From assembly GCA_964349485.1 (NCBI GenBank), contig CAYGGE010000003.1, positions 5,899-69,898 on the forward strand: a DNA stretch of 64,000 nucleotides, read 5' to 3'. The position numbers and the translations under genes are program-made. Shown here one piece after another: positions 50,079-60,313 of this stretch. The notes under the pieces are model-generated. The model was not told the DNA's origin, made no database searches, and was given only the letters and a program-made list of their open reading frames with translations. How positions within the stretch are numbered: the stretch's first letter is position 1; every line of letters begins with the position of its first letter. The stretch comes from an uncultured Candidatus Saccharibacteria bacterium (lineage in GTDB: Bacteria > Patescibacteriota > UBA1384 > CAYGGE01).

Positions 50079-51086
50079 CTATTCGGTAACCGGGCCAGTA
50101 ATCACGGGATCTTTGGGTAAATTGGCAATGATCTTTTGTATTAATTGATCGGTGCCTTGGTGAGCAATCGAAGAGATTGTTAATGGTTTATGGGCCTTAA
50201 TAAATGTCTCGTGTAGCTGTCCATACTCTGGTAAGGCATCAATTTTCGTTAAAACAATTATCTCGGGTTTATTGAGTAGGGTTTTGTCAAACTCACCGAG
50301 TTCCTTACGAATTATCTGATAGTTCTTTTCGAGATCATCGTCGAGTACGGATAATAGATGAACGATCACGTTAGTGCGCAGAATGTGTTTTAAAAACTCA
50401 TGTCCTAAGCCCTTGCCGATAGCCGCTCCTTCGATTAAACCAGGGATATCTGCGACCACAAACTGATCGTCGTGGTAGTTTACCATCCCCAGGTTTGGTT
50501 CAAGCGTGGTAAAAGGGTAATCTGCAATCTTAGGTCTGGCATTTGATATAACCGACAGTAGCGTGGACTTCCCAGCATTTGGTAGGCCCACCAGTCCGAC
50601 ATCGGCAATCAGTTGTAGCTCAAGCCTCAAAGACTTCTTGACTCCGAGTGTGCCCGGCTCAAACTCGCGTGGCGTTTGGTTAGTCGCACTTCGAAAACGC
50701 CAGTTGCCTTTGCCGCCATGACCACCTTTAGCAATTAGGACCTCATCGCCGTCATTGATCAAATCAGCCACAACACGTGAACTATCACCCATAAGGTGAT
50801 GAATCCGAGTTCCTGGCGGGACGTAGAGGTACAGATCTTCACCAGACTTACCTGACGATCGAGTGCCACTACCATTCTCACCTGACTGGGCCTTAAAGTT
50901 TTTCGTACCACGATAAGTTGCTAAGCCATGGGTTGATAGGCTCGCTTTAATGTAAATACTACCCCCACGTGCTCCGTCACCACCGTCTGGGCCGCCTCTG
51001 GGGACATGTTTTTCATGTCGAAAAGAGACGGCTCCGTCGCCACCTCTACCCGCTTGAACTGTAATCTCGACTTCATCGATAAGCAT
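50079..51086 (-). CDS. obg: GTPase Obg/CgtA
   Basis: Obg fold N-terminus (GGDGGDGARGGSIYIKA), G-domain GLPNAGKST, DIPGLIEGA. Confidence 0.93.
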   Translation of the reverse strand: MLIDEVEITVQAGRGGDGAVSFRHEKHVPRGGPDGGDGARGGSIYIKASLSTHGLATYRGTKNFKAQSGENGSGTRSSGKSGEDLYLYVPPGTRIHHLMGDSSRVVADLINDGDEVLIAKGGHGGKGNWRFRSATNQTPREFEPGTLGVKKSLRLELQLIADVGLVGLPNAGKSTLLSVISNARPKIADYPFTTLEPNLGMVNYHDDQFVVADIPGLIEGAAIGKGLGHEFLKHILRTNVIVHLLSVLDDDLEKNYQIIRKELGEFDKTLLNKPEIIVLTKIDALPEYGQLHETFIKAHKPLTISSIAHQGTDQLIQKIIANLPKDPVITGPVTE

Positions 51087-51122
51087 AGTATTTATATACC
51101 CTAATTTGGAGACCTGTGCTGT

Positions 51123-52091
51123 TTATCCGCCGACAAAATTGATTGGATTTAGACGTTGGCCGTTGTGAATGATCTCAAAGTGAACATGTGGTCCAGTGGA
51201 TCGACCAGTATTGCCCATCCTACCTATTGCGTCACCAGCGGCGACTGTATCACCAGGGCTAACCGTGACCGCGCTCTGGTGAGCGTAGAGGGTTTGCCAG
51301 CCATTACCATGATCGATACGGGTTACGATGCCGTACCCACCATTCCAACCGCTGGAGTCGGTAGAGATGATTCGACCTGCTGCAGCGGCACGTAGCGTCG
51401 TCCCAACCGCGTTAGGACAGTCAATCGCATATTTATGGTAGCCGTTATAACAAACACTATTTACTGGCTTACGGAACTGGCCGGTATTCGAGAAACCAGC
51501 ACTGTCGCCGCTAGACGCTCTGGCTGAAGTCAGACGACTTTGTTGTCGTAGGTTTGCTAGACGTGTCTGTTTTTCACGAGCTAGCTGCTCTCGGGCTTTG
51601 CGCTCTTGTTCATTAAGGACGTCAAGCCACTCGGTTGAATTGGTAGTGCTCTCTGGAGCAATAGTCAATTGGGTTCCTGGCTTGATCTTAACCGCATCTT
51701 CTACCTTAATACTGTTTTCAGCCAGCAAGGTTGCCACGTTGATATCATAATGAGCCGCGATTTTGCTCAAGCTTTCCCCTTGTTGTACTGTGTGATAAAC
51801 GGTCTCTTTACGAAGCCCACGTCTAATTCGCTCCGCTTTATCATGGTCGATAGTCTCAACCAACATTGGTTTCGGTACATAAGTAGTCTCTTGACCGACG
51901 GCCGCAGACAATACTTGATCCCTCACTTCGGAGGGGTTGAGATTAGCTAATACAGGGATATATGGGTTTACGTCACTACTCGCTTCAACCAGCGATTCAG
52001 GGATATAGTTGATGAACGGATTAATTTGTGTAGTTACATTGACGATAGGTGAGGATACTGCATTTAAAGAGAGAACAAAGAACGCCAACAC
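51123..52091 (-). CDS. LysM-domain M23 family peptidase
   Basis: LysM (YHTVQQGESLSKIAAHY...KPGTQLTI), M23 core (GYGIVTRIDHGNGWQTLYAH, GPHVHFEI). Confidence 0.85.
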   Translation of the reverse strand: MLAFFVLSLNAVSSPIVNVTTQINPFINYIPESLVEASSDVNPYIPVLANLNPSEVRDQVLSAAVGQETTYVPKPMLVETIDHDKAERIRRGLRKETVYHTVQQGESLSKIAAHYDINVATLLAENSIKVEDAVKIKPGTQLTIAPESTTNSTEWLDVLNEQERKAREQLAREKQTRLANLRQQSRLTSARASSGDSAGFSNTGQFRKPVNSVCYNGYHKYAIDCPNAVGTTLRAAAAGRIISTDSSGWNGGYGIVTRIDHGNGWQTLYAHQSAVTVSPGDTVAAGDAIGRMGNTGRSTGPHVHFEIIHNGQRLNPINFVGG

Positions 52092-52389
52092 AATAAGTGC
52101 GAATTGGCGATTAACAAATCGTGCAGTTTTCTTTCCCGACCGTACCAGATAGGTTATCGCACTGGTCCGGTGGCTGATTGTTTCTATGAATTGAGTGACC
52201 CTCTTTCGTAACGGAATTTCGCTATTGTCCGTACTAATAATGGTCCTCCTCTCATACTGTTGTATCCAAGAATATTAACAAAAAGGCTAGTGAATAGTCT
52301 CTCTTGAATATGCTAACTAGCTTACCAAATATAACCAGTCATGTCAAGTAGAATCAGGTTTAAGGTATATATTTTCTTTGCGTTTACGG

Positions 52390-54183
52390 CTATTTTTCGG
52401 TGACGGGCAAAGCTCGATTTAGTCGTCGGATATGCTCTTCTAATTTAAAGAATTCGAGGCTATCGCCGACCCGAGGTAGTACACTAGAGTCAATCAATAA
52501 ACCACATTCTGTACCCGCTTCAACTTTATCGACAACTGACTTTTCGCGTTGAACTCGGATGACTGTGGCCTCACCAATCTTCTCTCCGTCACGCATGATC
52601 GAGGCTTTAGCTTGTTTCTCAACCACGCCACTCTTCACCCTGCCACCGACAATGCCGGCAGACTTGCTAGATTTAAAGATCTGTAGGATTTCCAGTGCCC
52701 CTAACTTAATCTCAATTATTTCCGGCTCTAATAGGCCCGAAAGAGCGTCGAATAGATCGTCAATCAACTGATAAATGATGTCGTAGCTTGAGATCTTAAC
52801 CCCTTTTTGGGCGGCATATTTACGAATCGTTGGAGGGATAGTTACCCTGAAACTGACGATCAGGCCGTGGGTCGCTAGCGCCATGTTAATATCTGACTCG
52901 CTGACGTCGCCGACTCCCTCATGGATGATCTTGATCGCTACTTCTTCGGTAGATAACTCATCGAGTGAACTTCGAATGGCCTCAACTGAACCTTGAACAT
53001 CGGCCTTAAGGATAATGTTGAGTTCTTTTAGGTTGCCTTCGGCGATGGCCTCCGAAAGTTCGCCGAGTCCAACGTGTTTGACGCTACGAACATTGCGAGC
53101 GATACCCGTTTTTTCAACCAATTCTCGGGCTACCTTTTCGTTGGCGACTTCATGGAACATCTCACCAAATTCAGGAACAGACTTCAAACCGGCGATTCTA
53201 ACTGGTGTGGAAGGAGCAGCAGTAGGTACCCTTTTGCCTAGATCATTCTCCATGAAGCGGATCTTGGCATAGGTTGAACCAAAGGCGATTGTCATCCCTA
53301 CCTCGAGGGTCCCACTCTGTACGAGAACGGTAGCTACGGCACCGATACCGGTGGCTTGGTGCGATTCAATCACGATACCGCTTGTCTGTCCATCAGCTGG
53401 TGCAGTAAACTCAGCGACATCGGCAGTCAGAAGGATGAGCTCTAGGAGGGCTGGGATACCTTCACCGGTTATCGAGGAGACGGGGGCGATCACTGTTTTG
53501 CCACCCCATTCCTCGGGTAGGAGATCGATATCAACCAGTTGCCGCTTAGTTCTTTCGAGGTCGGCCTCTGGTTTATCCATTTTGGTAATCGCGACAATGA
53601 TCGGTACGTTTGCCGCCTTGGCGTGACTGACGGCTTCGATTGTCTGGGGTTTCACACCATCGTCAGCGGCGACTACCAATATAACAATGTCGGTAATATT
53701 TGCACCGTGAGCACGCAGCGCTGAAAACGCTTCATGGCCCGGGGTGTCGAGAAATGTGATCAGACGGCCTTTACCCTTATCGTCTTTAATTTCAACCTGG
53801 TATGCACCGATATGTTGAGTAATTCCACCACTTTCTGTCGCCACAACATTGGTCCGACGAATGGTGTCGAGCAGTTTAGTCTTACCATGATCGACATGGC
53901 CCATCACGGTGACAACTGGTGGTCTTGCGATAACCTTACCACTGTCGCCCCTAGGCTTCGTTTCAGCGCCGATACTCAGTGGAAGTTGAATGGTCAGACC
54001 AAGTTCGTCAGCGACAATCGCTGCTGTATCGAAGTCTACACTTTCATTGATAGTAGCTCGTACGCCATAACCCATTAAGATCTGGATGACTTTGACGACG
54101 GGTACGCCAAGCAACTCCGACAGACGTCTGACGGGTACAACTTGAGGAACCTCAATAATGACTGACTGTAGATCCATACGCAT
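52390..54183 (-). CDS. infB: translation initiation factor IF-2 (short form, 597 aa)
   Basis: IF2_N domain, G-domain [22 protein letters not shown], beta-barrel domains. Confidence 0.93.
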   Translation of the reverse strand: MRMDLQSVIIEVPQVVPVRRLSELLGVPVVKVIQILMGYGVRATINESVDFDTAAIVADELGLTIQLPLSIGAETKPRGDSGKVIARPPVVTVMGHVDHGKTKLLDTIRRTNVVATESGGITQHIGAYQVEIKDDKGKGRLITFLDTPGHEAFSALRAHGANITDIVILVVAADDGVKPQTIEAVSHAKAANVPIIVAITKMDKPEADLERTKRQLVDIDLLPEEWGGKTVIAPVSSITGEGIPALLELILLTADVAEFTAPADGQTSGIVIESHQATGIGAVATVLVQSGTLEVGMTIAFGSTYAKIRFMENDLGKRVPTAAPSTPVRIAGLKSVPEFGEMFHEVANEKVARELVEKTGIARNVRSVKHVGLGELSEAIAEGNLKELNIILKADVQGSVEAIRSSLDELSTEEVAIKIIHEGVGDVSESDINMALATHGLIVSFRVTIPPTIRKYAAQKGVKISSYDIIYQLIDDLFDALSGLLEPEIIEIKLGALEILQIFKSSKSAGIVGGRVKSGVVEKQAKASIMRDGEKIGEATVIRVQREKSVVDKVEAGTECGLLIDSSVLPRVGDSLEFFKLEEHIRRLNRALPVTEK

Positions 54184-54235
54184 CAGTATACCAGGTAGCT
54201 ATCTGATAAGCAACCGATTTACAGTAATTGGACGG

Positions 54236-55450
54236 TTATTTGGAAAAACGTGAGTAGGCGATTACGGCACTTCGCCTAGTGCGGGAGCTCATGATTTTAT
54301 GGAGTGGCATGATATTTAATAAATAATCGAAGACAAGGAGCTTCTTGAGAAGTAATCCAAACTTCCCATAGAGTGTCCACGATTTAATAGGTAAGAGTGC
54401 GGCGTAATTACCAAAGTTAAAGGCGCGTGGATTAAGGGGTGGTACATAGCTTTGTTGAGGGTGGTTGTGTAGCTGACGGTAGATATTTTTTGCGACATGT
54501 GCGCCTTGCGTAGTGGCATATACTACACTAGGCGAAAGCGATTGTCGTTTAGTAACGCCGAAGTGTGCAGCATCACCGACAACATATACTCGACTAAAAC
54601 CGCGAGCTTGTAGGTTAGGCATAACCCGAATTCTGTCTCGTGCATCAGTCTCAAAACCGACCTCATTAACTGGTCGTGTACCGTGACTGCCACCTGTCCA
54701 AATGAGTAAGTCATAAGGTATATCACTATTATTGCTCAGTTTCACATGCATCTTATTAACTCGTTTAATGGCTTTGCCAAAGTAGAGGCTTACTCCAAGG
54801 GTCCGTAGTTTCTGCTCCATAGCTAGCGCCAAATGCGTCTCTTCACCTGGCAGTACTCGACCGCCTTGTTCAATAAGATCGATAACGACTTGTGCTTCAT
54901 AGCTGTCGCGACCTTGACATAATTCTTTGTTAAAATAAGCGAGCGTACCTGCTAATTCGCAGCCAACCGCGCCTGCCCCTCCAATCACCACAGATATTTT
55001 CTTTTTTTTGATCAACAGTTCATTGACTATCGCTCGGAGATATAAAGCGTCCTCAAAAGAGTTTAGAACAGTTGCATATTCAGCAATGCCTGGGACTTTG
55101 CCGATATCTGGGGTATTGCCAAGCCCGATCACCAAATAGTCATAGCGAATAGTTCCGCTTTGATTAAGACTGACTTTCTGATGGATCGGATCGATTTGCT
55201 TGACCGTATCAATTATCAAGTGAATCGGCCGTTTGCCAATCAACTCACGCAGTGGCATGCAGAGTACCTCACGGATATCTTTAGCGGTTACGACTTCGTA
55301 TAGTGTCGAATGTAATGTGTGATACGGCGTCTTGTTGACCAGGACGATCTTACTATCTTTTCGCTCACCAATCTGATCAGCCAAATCAAGGGCACAGCGA
55401 AGTCCCGCGATTCCAGCGCCTAAGATGAGAATTGTCTGCTTACCTTTCAT
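54236..55450 (-). CDS. FAD-dependent pyridine-nucleotide-disulfide oxidoreductase, type II NADH dehydrogenase-like (start 55450/55462/55480 uncertain)
   Basis: two dinucleotide-binding motifs ILILGAGIAGL and VIGGAGAVGCELAG. Confidence 0.6.
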   Translation of the reverse strand: MKGKQTILILGAGIAGLRCALDLADQIGERKDSKIVLVNKTPYHTLHSTLYEVVTAKDIREVLCMPLRELIGKRPIHLIIDTVKQIDPIHQKVSLNQSGTIRYDYLVIGLGNTPDIGKVPGIAEYATVLNSFEDALYLRAIVNELLIKKKKISVVIGGAGAVGCELAGTLAYFNKELCQGRDSYEAQVVIDLIEQGGRVLPGEETHLALAMEQKLRTLGVSLYFGKAIKRVNKMHVKLSNNSDIPYDLLIWTGGSHGTRPVNEVGFETDARDRIRVMPNLQARGFSRVYVVGDAAHFGVTKRQSLSPSVVYATTQGAHVAKNIYRQLHNHPQQSYVPPLNPRAFNFGNYAALLPIKSWTLYGKFGLLLKKLLVFDYLLNIMPLHKIMSSRTRRSAVIAYSRFSK

Positions 55451-56846
55451 GGTGTCCTTCATTAGTATCCGTTTTTCCATGGCTATAGGCTACACCGTGC
55501 AGGATTGGTAGGGCGACGATAAGTAATCCTGTTGTTAGATTGAGTAACAACGAAAGGCTGTTCATGTCGCGAGTAATGATTGTGGCAGTAATAATCGCGA
55601 GTGACAGGAGGATAAGATAGAATACACTGACGATTGTGAGGAAATGGTGGGTGATTTTTCCTTTAATTTTTAGCCAACTTGCTCCGCCGAGACAGGCAAA
55701 ACCAATAACTTCCAGAATTAGACCAATAATAATCATTAGTGGTCTAGCTTGTTGGCTGGTATAAGCTTGGAAGATGTAGGCACCAAATAATACAGCAAAC
55801 CCACCAAGGAGCAGGCTATTGCCTCTAATCTTACGATAGGGAATGAGCTCCATGATAATAAAGAAAACGACTAAGACCACTGCCGCTTGTGGCCAGAGCA
55901 TTAACAATTCTTGATTACCGAGTAACCCTGCCAAGCCAACCGCAGCCATCTTTGAATCTGTCTTGCTAGGATGGTCTTTTGAAAGGCGTAGTTCACCGGG
56001 CAGAAGCGTCACCTCAGGTTCGTGATCTTTGGTTTTTGACTCGAGAGGGAAGAGATCGTCAAGGAGCTCATCGCGTGTTTGGGGTGGTTTTTCAACAGTT
56101 GGTTTTGGTTCTTCGGCTTTATGCTCAGTCGACTGCTCTGGGCTTTTCTTCGTCATGTCAGGGGCGACTGGAGTATCGATCTTAATAGCCGGAGCCTTAG
56201 ACTCCTTTTGACTTCGTTTACGACTTCCGAGATATGAAAGATCGACTGTGCCATGCGCTGGTATTGGTTTAACTTTTGTCTCAACCGTTTCTTCTACTGG
56301 TGTGCTGGTCGATACTTCCGATGCCTGTACTTTCTCAGCCTCCTCTACACCAGCCATTTTTTTAGGTGTAGTTTCTGTGACCACCGTCTCTTTTTGGACC
56401 ACTTTATCGTCATCCGGTTCTGGCGTTAATGCTCCTTTGGCTTTGCCTTGTGCTGTAGATTCAATCGGTTTGCCCTCTCCTGTGAGTAGCGCTACCCAAC
56501 TCTCCTTGGAGTCGGTGATACTTTTAGGGTCGGTCACAGTTGGTGGTACAGTTTCGAACTCATCGCCTTCTTGGTGATGAAGGGTTAGATAGCCAGCACC
56601 GAGAAGGAAGAATCCAGATATTTGAACGATTCCGAAAGTAAGCTGAAGTACTCCCGCATTTAAGCCCATCGCTCGCATCAGAGCCCAGAGAATTAGCAAG
56701 AATGAGCCGAGAGCCATGGTTAGATAAGATCGTTGTTTTAATCGGTCAAACTTTCGGGCTGCTTCCATGAGTACAAACAACAAAGCCAACACAATAATAA
56801 TGCCGGCAAAATACTCCAACAACCGCAGCAGTAGCTCAGCTGACAC
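55440..56846 (-). CDS. hypothetical polytopic membrane protein with a central acidic/Pro/Thr/Lys-rich low-complexity linker
   Basis: N- and C-terminal TM clusters separated by ~230 aa of E/K/T/P-rich sequence. Confidence 0.5.
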   Translation of the reverse strand: MSAELLLRLLEYFAGIIIVLALLFVLMEAARKFDRLKQRSYLTMALGSFLLILWALMRAMGLNAGVLQLTFGIVQISGFFLLGAGYLTLHHQEGDEFETVPPTVTDPKSITDSKESWVALLTGEGKPIESTAQGKAKGALTPEPDDDKVVQKETVVTETTPKKMAGVEEAEKVQASEVSTSTPVEETVETKVKPIPAHGTVDLSYLGSRKRSQKESKAPAIKIDTPVAPDMTKKSPEQSTEHKAEEPKPTVEKPPQTRDELLDDLFPLESKTKDHEPEVTLLPGELRLSKDHPSKTDSKMAAVGLAGLLGNQELLMLWPQAAVVLVVFFIIMELIPYRKIRGNSLLLGGFAVLFGAYIFQAYTSQQARPLMIIIGLILEVIGFACLGGASWLKIKGKITHHFLTIVSVFYLILLSLAIITATIITRDMNSLSLLLNLTTGLLIVALPILHGVAYSHGKTDTNEGHHER

Positions 56847-56967
56847 GCTATTCCCTCCTTAATTCCTTAAGTTCAGCATATCATGAAATGGAGGCTTGCT
56901 CTAGGTGGAAACAAAAAAGCTCCTCTTTACCGAGAAGCTCCCGTGGCCAATCTTTCGATGTTTTTTT

Positions 56968-57044
56968 TGGTGGATCTGTGCAGACTCGAACTGCAGACCT
57001 CTACAATGTCAATGTAGCGCTCTAACCAACTGAGCTACAGATCC
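56968..57044 (-). tRNA. tRNA-Val (anticodon GAC), CCA encoded
   Basis: minus-strand GGATCTGTAGCTCAGTTGGTTAGAGCGCTACATTGACATTGTAGAGGTCTGCAGTTCGAGTCTGCACAGATCCACCA folds as a cloverleaf: 7-bp acceptor, D-arm, anticodon loop TTGACAT, T-arm GTTCGAGTC. Confidence 0.85.
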
Positions 57045-57087
57045 GTAACAGATGTATGATATCAAAAACAAGCCCTCGATTCAAGGT

Positions 57088-57765
57088 TTATTCACCCGTC
57101 GGCTTGATTCGCTTGGTCTTGGGGCGTTCTTCTTGGACTTTTGGCAGCGTGATGGTGAGTACACCGTTTCTCATGTCGGCTGTTGCTTCATCACTGATTA
57201 CTGGAAGAGGAAGGCCGAATGTTCGGCTAAAGGATTGTTGTCGATATTCTTGACGCAGATAGTCTTGTGAATTATTCTTTCCCTCACTTATGGCTGTACC
57301 GCTAATCGTCACGAACTCATCAGCCACATCGATATCGATCTGTTCTCGCGTAAAACCTGGGGTGTGAGCTTCGAGATAGAGCTGCTTTTCGTCTTGTCTG
57401 ACGTTGATCATCGGGAACGTTGTTCCAACCGTGAGCGGAAAATGGATATCCTGATCAAAGGGCTGATCAATGTGTTCCCTGGCATCGGTCAGCGATCCCC
57501 ACGGGCTCACGTCCTTACCGATCGCCACTCCTTTTTCGACCCCCTTATCTTCCACTTTACTGGTTACTGGCATGGTCCGGATCACATCCTCTAATGGCTC
57601 ACGAAAAAACTCAGCCAGTTGAATAGCGAGTGGCAACGAGGGTAACCATCGACCCTGTTCAAGGGAGATCAGAGACTGACGTGAAATGTTAAGCTGTTTA
57701 GCCAGCTCCTCTTGGGTCAGATGATGATGTTTACGAAGCTCTCGAACTCGAACAATAATTTGCAT
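57088..57765 (-). CDS. fusion protein: N-terminal XRE-family HTH DNA-binding domain + C-terminal Hsp20/alpha-crystallin domain
   Basis: N-terminus LRKHHHLTQEELAKQLNISRQSLISLEQGR (HTH_XRE); C-terminus EAHTPGFTREQIDIDV...GVLTITLPK (alpha-crystallin domain hallmark). Confidence 0.7.
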   Translation of the reverse strand: MQIIVRVRELRKHHHLTQEELAKQLNISRQSLISLEQGRWLPSLPLAIQLAEFFREPLEDVIRTMPVTSKVEDKGVEKGVAIGKDVSPWGSLTDAREHIDQPFDQDIHFPLTVGTTFPMINVRQDEKQLYLEAHTPGFTREQIDIDVADEFVTISGTAISEGKNNSQDYLRQEYRQQSFSRTFGLPLPVISDEATADMRNGVLTITLPKVQEERPKTKRIKPTGE

Positions 57766-57773
57766 GCCTTAAC

Positions 57774-57791
57774 TGTAAAGAAAACTTTACA
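57774..57791. promoter_or_regulatory. perfect inverted repeat TGTAAAG-N4-CTTTACA over the promoter/RBS of the HTH-Hsp20 gene (candidate operator or SD-proximal RNA hairpin)
   Basis: 7-bp arms, 4-bp spacer, 9 nt upstream of the minus-strand start codon. Confidence 0.45.
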
Positions 57792-57812
57792 TTGTGTCAA
57801 GGTCATAACAGG

Positions 57813-57841
57813 TTGAAATTAGGTTTTAATCAGCGTACAAT
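57813..57841 (+). promoter_or_regulatory. candidate sigma70 promoter TTGAAA-17-TACAAT for leuS
   Basis: hexamers and 17-nt spacing read from sequence, 28 nt before leuS ATG. Confidence 0.5.
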
Positions 57842-57869
57842 GGGAGAAATAATCGAGTGAGGAATACAC

Positions 57870-60278
57870 ATGGCCACAACATATAATCCGCAAGCGATCG
57901 AGCAGAAATGGCGTGATTTGTGGAAAACTAATGGTCTAGCCAAGGCGAAAATCGACCCTTCCAAGGTTAAGCAATATACTTTAGTCATGTTTCCATATCC
58001 TTCAGGCGAAGGATTGCACGTTGGTCACTGGCGCCCCTATGTTATCTCTGACGTTTGGATGCGGTATCAAAAAATGCAGAATAAGGAAGTGCTTTACCCC
58101 ATGGGCTGGGATGCTTTTGGTCTGCCAGCAGAAAATCGAGCTATTTCTCAAGGTATTCATCCTAAACAATCTACCGATAATGCGATTGCGAACATGAAGC
58201 GTCAGCTCCAAGAAACTGGAGCGCTGTTTGATTGGGATCGAGAACTAAACACGTCGGATCCAAACTATTATCGATGGACGCAGTGGCTGTTTATTCAGCT
58301 CTACAAAAAAGGTCTTGTCTATCGTAAAGAGGCGATGGTCAATTGGTGTCCGAAGGATCAGACGGTATTGGCCAATGAACAGGTAGTCGATGGTGATTGT
58401 GAGCGATGTGGTACTGCTGTAATTAAGAAATCACTAAAACAATGGTTTTTTAAGATTACCGACTACGCCGAAGAACTCCTCGATTTTTCTCAAATCGATT
58501 GGGCCGATCGGGTCAAGACTATGCAAAAAAACTGGATCGGTAAGAGTGAGGGATTGCTCTTCACAGCGCCGGTCAAAGATATCGATCTCACCATTCAAAC
58601 CTACTCAGCACATTTTGAGGCCTGCTATGCCGATACGTTTGTGGTTATTGCCCCGGACCATCCATTGCTACCTAAGTTATTGGACGGTCTAGATAATAAA
58701 GAAACGATTATGGCTTTTGCCGAAGAACTCGTCAAGAAACGAGTCGCCCGAGGTTTTGCTGAAGATGTCGAACCCGAAGGCATTTTTACGGGTCGGTATA
58801 TCGTTGATCCACTGGGCAATGGTGATCTACCTATCTGGATTGCAAGCTTTGCCCTGGCCGACTACGGTACGGGAATCGTCAAATGTTCAGCTCACGATAC
58901 GCGAGACTTTGCTTTTGCGAAAAAATATGGCATCCCGCTAAAAGCAGTGCTATTGCCAGACAATGAAGATCTCCGGAGGAAAGTTGAAAATTTCGAGGTC
59001 TGTTACAGCGACATGCAACAAGGTAGGCTGAGCGAGCCAGAAGAGCTGGCAGGTAAAAGAGCTGGCGAAGTAAGCCAAGCGGTAGTTGAACATGTATCAG
59101 AGCGTGGTTTTGCGACACGTAAAACGACTTATCGTCTCCGAGACTGGCTGATCTCTCGTCAACGATATTGGGGAGCGCCAATCCCGATAATTTACTGTGA
59201 TAGCTGTGGTGAATTGCCGGTCGCCGACGAACAATTACCGGTCATTTTACCTCTTGAAGCCGATTTTCAGCCAGGCGGTGAATCACCGCTGGCTCGGGAC
59301 CCAAATTTTGTTCATACCACCTGTCCTAACTGTAGTCAGCAAGCTAAACGTGAAACCGATACCATGGATACTTTTGTTGATTCGTCGTGGTATTTTCTAC
59401 GATACTGCGACTCAACCAACGATCAAACAGCTTTTGATCCAGAGAAGGTTAAGTATTGGATGCCAGTTGATCTATATATCGGTGGTATTGAACACGCTAT
59501 TCTTCACTTACTTTACGCCCGTTTCTTCACTAAAGCGCTGGCCGATATTGGTCTCCTGAACTTCCGTGAGCCGTTTAAGCAATTACTAGATAATGGCATG
59601 ATCTACTTAAACGGTAAGAAAATGTCAAAATCTAAGGGCAATGTGGTTAACCCAGACGAACTGGTCGCACGCTACGGTGCAGACACTTTGAGGGGCTATG
59701 AGATGTTCATCGGGCCTGCCAATCTTGATCAGGAATGGAATCCAAATGGGGTAGCCGGTGTTCATCGATTTCTTCACAAGACATGGCCGTTATTTCAATC
59801 CGATCTGGAAGCATCAGGTGAGCTTCTGCCCGAAACCCATCGTCTGATCGAGAAAATTACCGACGACATCGATAATTTTAGTTTCAATACGGTCGTTAGC
59901 AGTCTCATGAGTTATGTGAATGAGGTCACGAAATCCAAATTAGATATCACCAATGCCGATAAAAAAGTACTGGCTCAGTTGATGGCGCCGATTTTCCCGC
60001 ATTTTGCTGAAGAAGTTTGGGCGAAGCTGGGTGGAGATGAAAGCATATTCCTTTCTGCTTGGCCAACATATGACAATTCAAAGGTTCACGCCGACACTGT
60101 CATTGTCGTTATGCAGGTCAATGGCAAGACAAAGGGCACAATTACCGCTAAGATAGATTCTTCTGAGTCGACGATCATCGAGTTATTACGGACCGATCAA
60201 AAATTAGCTAAACTTATCCCAGAAGCGGTCGATCGAACTGTCTATACTGGACGGCTGATCAATTTCGTGTTAAAATAA
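57870..60278 (+). CDS. leuS: leucyl-tRNA synthetase
   Basis: [12 protein letters not shown] (HIGH), KMSKSKGN, editing and anticodon-binding domains. Confidence 0.95.
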   Translation: MATTYNPQAIEQKWRDLWKTNGLAKAKIDPSKVKQYTLVMFPYPSGEGLHVGHWRPYVISDVWMRYQKMQNKEVLYPMGWDAFGLPAENRAISQGIHPKQSTDNAIANMKRQLQETGALFDWDRELNTSDPNYYRWTQWLFIQLYKKGLVYRKEAMVNWCPKDQTVLANEQVVDGDCERCGTAVIKKSLKQWFFKITDYAEELLDFSQIDWADRVKTMQKNWIGKSEGLLFTAPVKDIDLTIQTYSAHFEACYADTFVVIAPDHPLLPKLLDGLDNKETIMAFAEELVKKRVARGFAEDVEPEGIFTGRYIVDPLGNGDLPIWIASFALADYGTGIVKCSAHDTRDFAFAKKYGIPLKAVLLPDNEDLRRKVENFEVCYSDMQQGRLSEPEELAGKRAGEVSQAVVEHVSERGFATRKTTYRLRDWLISRQRYWGAPIPIIYCDSCGELPVADEQLPVILPLEADFQPGGESPLARDPNFVHTTCPNCSQQAKRETDTMDTFVDSSWYFLRYCDSTNDQTAFDPEKVKYWMPVDLYIGGIEHAILHLLYARFFTKALADIGLLNFREPFKQLLDNGMIYLNGKKMSKSKGNVVNPDELVARYGADTLRGYEMFIGPANLDQEWNPNGVAGVHRFLHKTWPLFQSDLEASGELLPETHRLIEKITDDIDNFSFNTVVSSLMSYVNEVTKSKLDITNADKKVLAQLMAPIFPHFAEEVWAKLGGDESIFLSAWPTYDNSKVHADTVIVVMQVNGKTKGTITAKIDSSESTIIELLRTDQKLAKLIPEAVDRTVYTGRLINFVLK

Positions 60279-60313
60279 TTTCTAGTTTAACCTATTAAAC
60301 GCGGGAGTCCCCT

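Noticed and set aside
54236-55480. Alternative identity of the NDH-2-like gene as thioredoxin or glutathione reductase
   Set aside because: It has no CxxC redox-active disulfide motif in the N-terminal region. The two GxGxxG motifs and its length fit NDH-2 or the FAD-dependent CoA-disulfide-reductase-like family better. It is kept as a generic call with moderate confidence.
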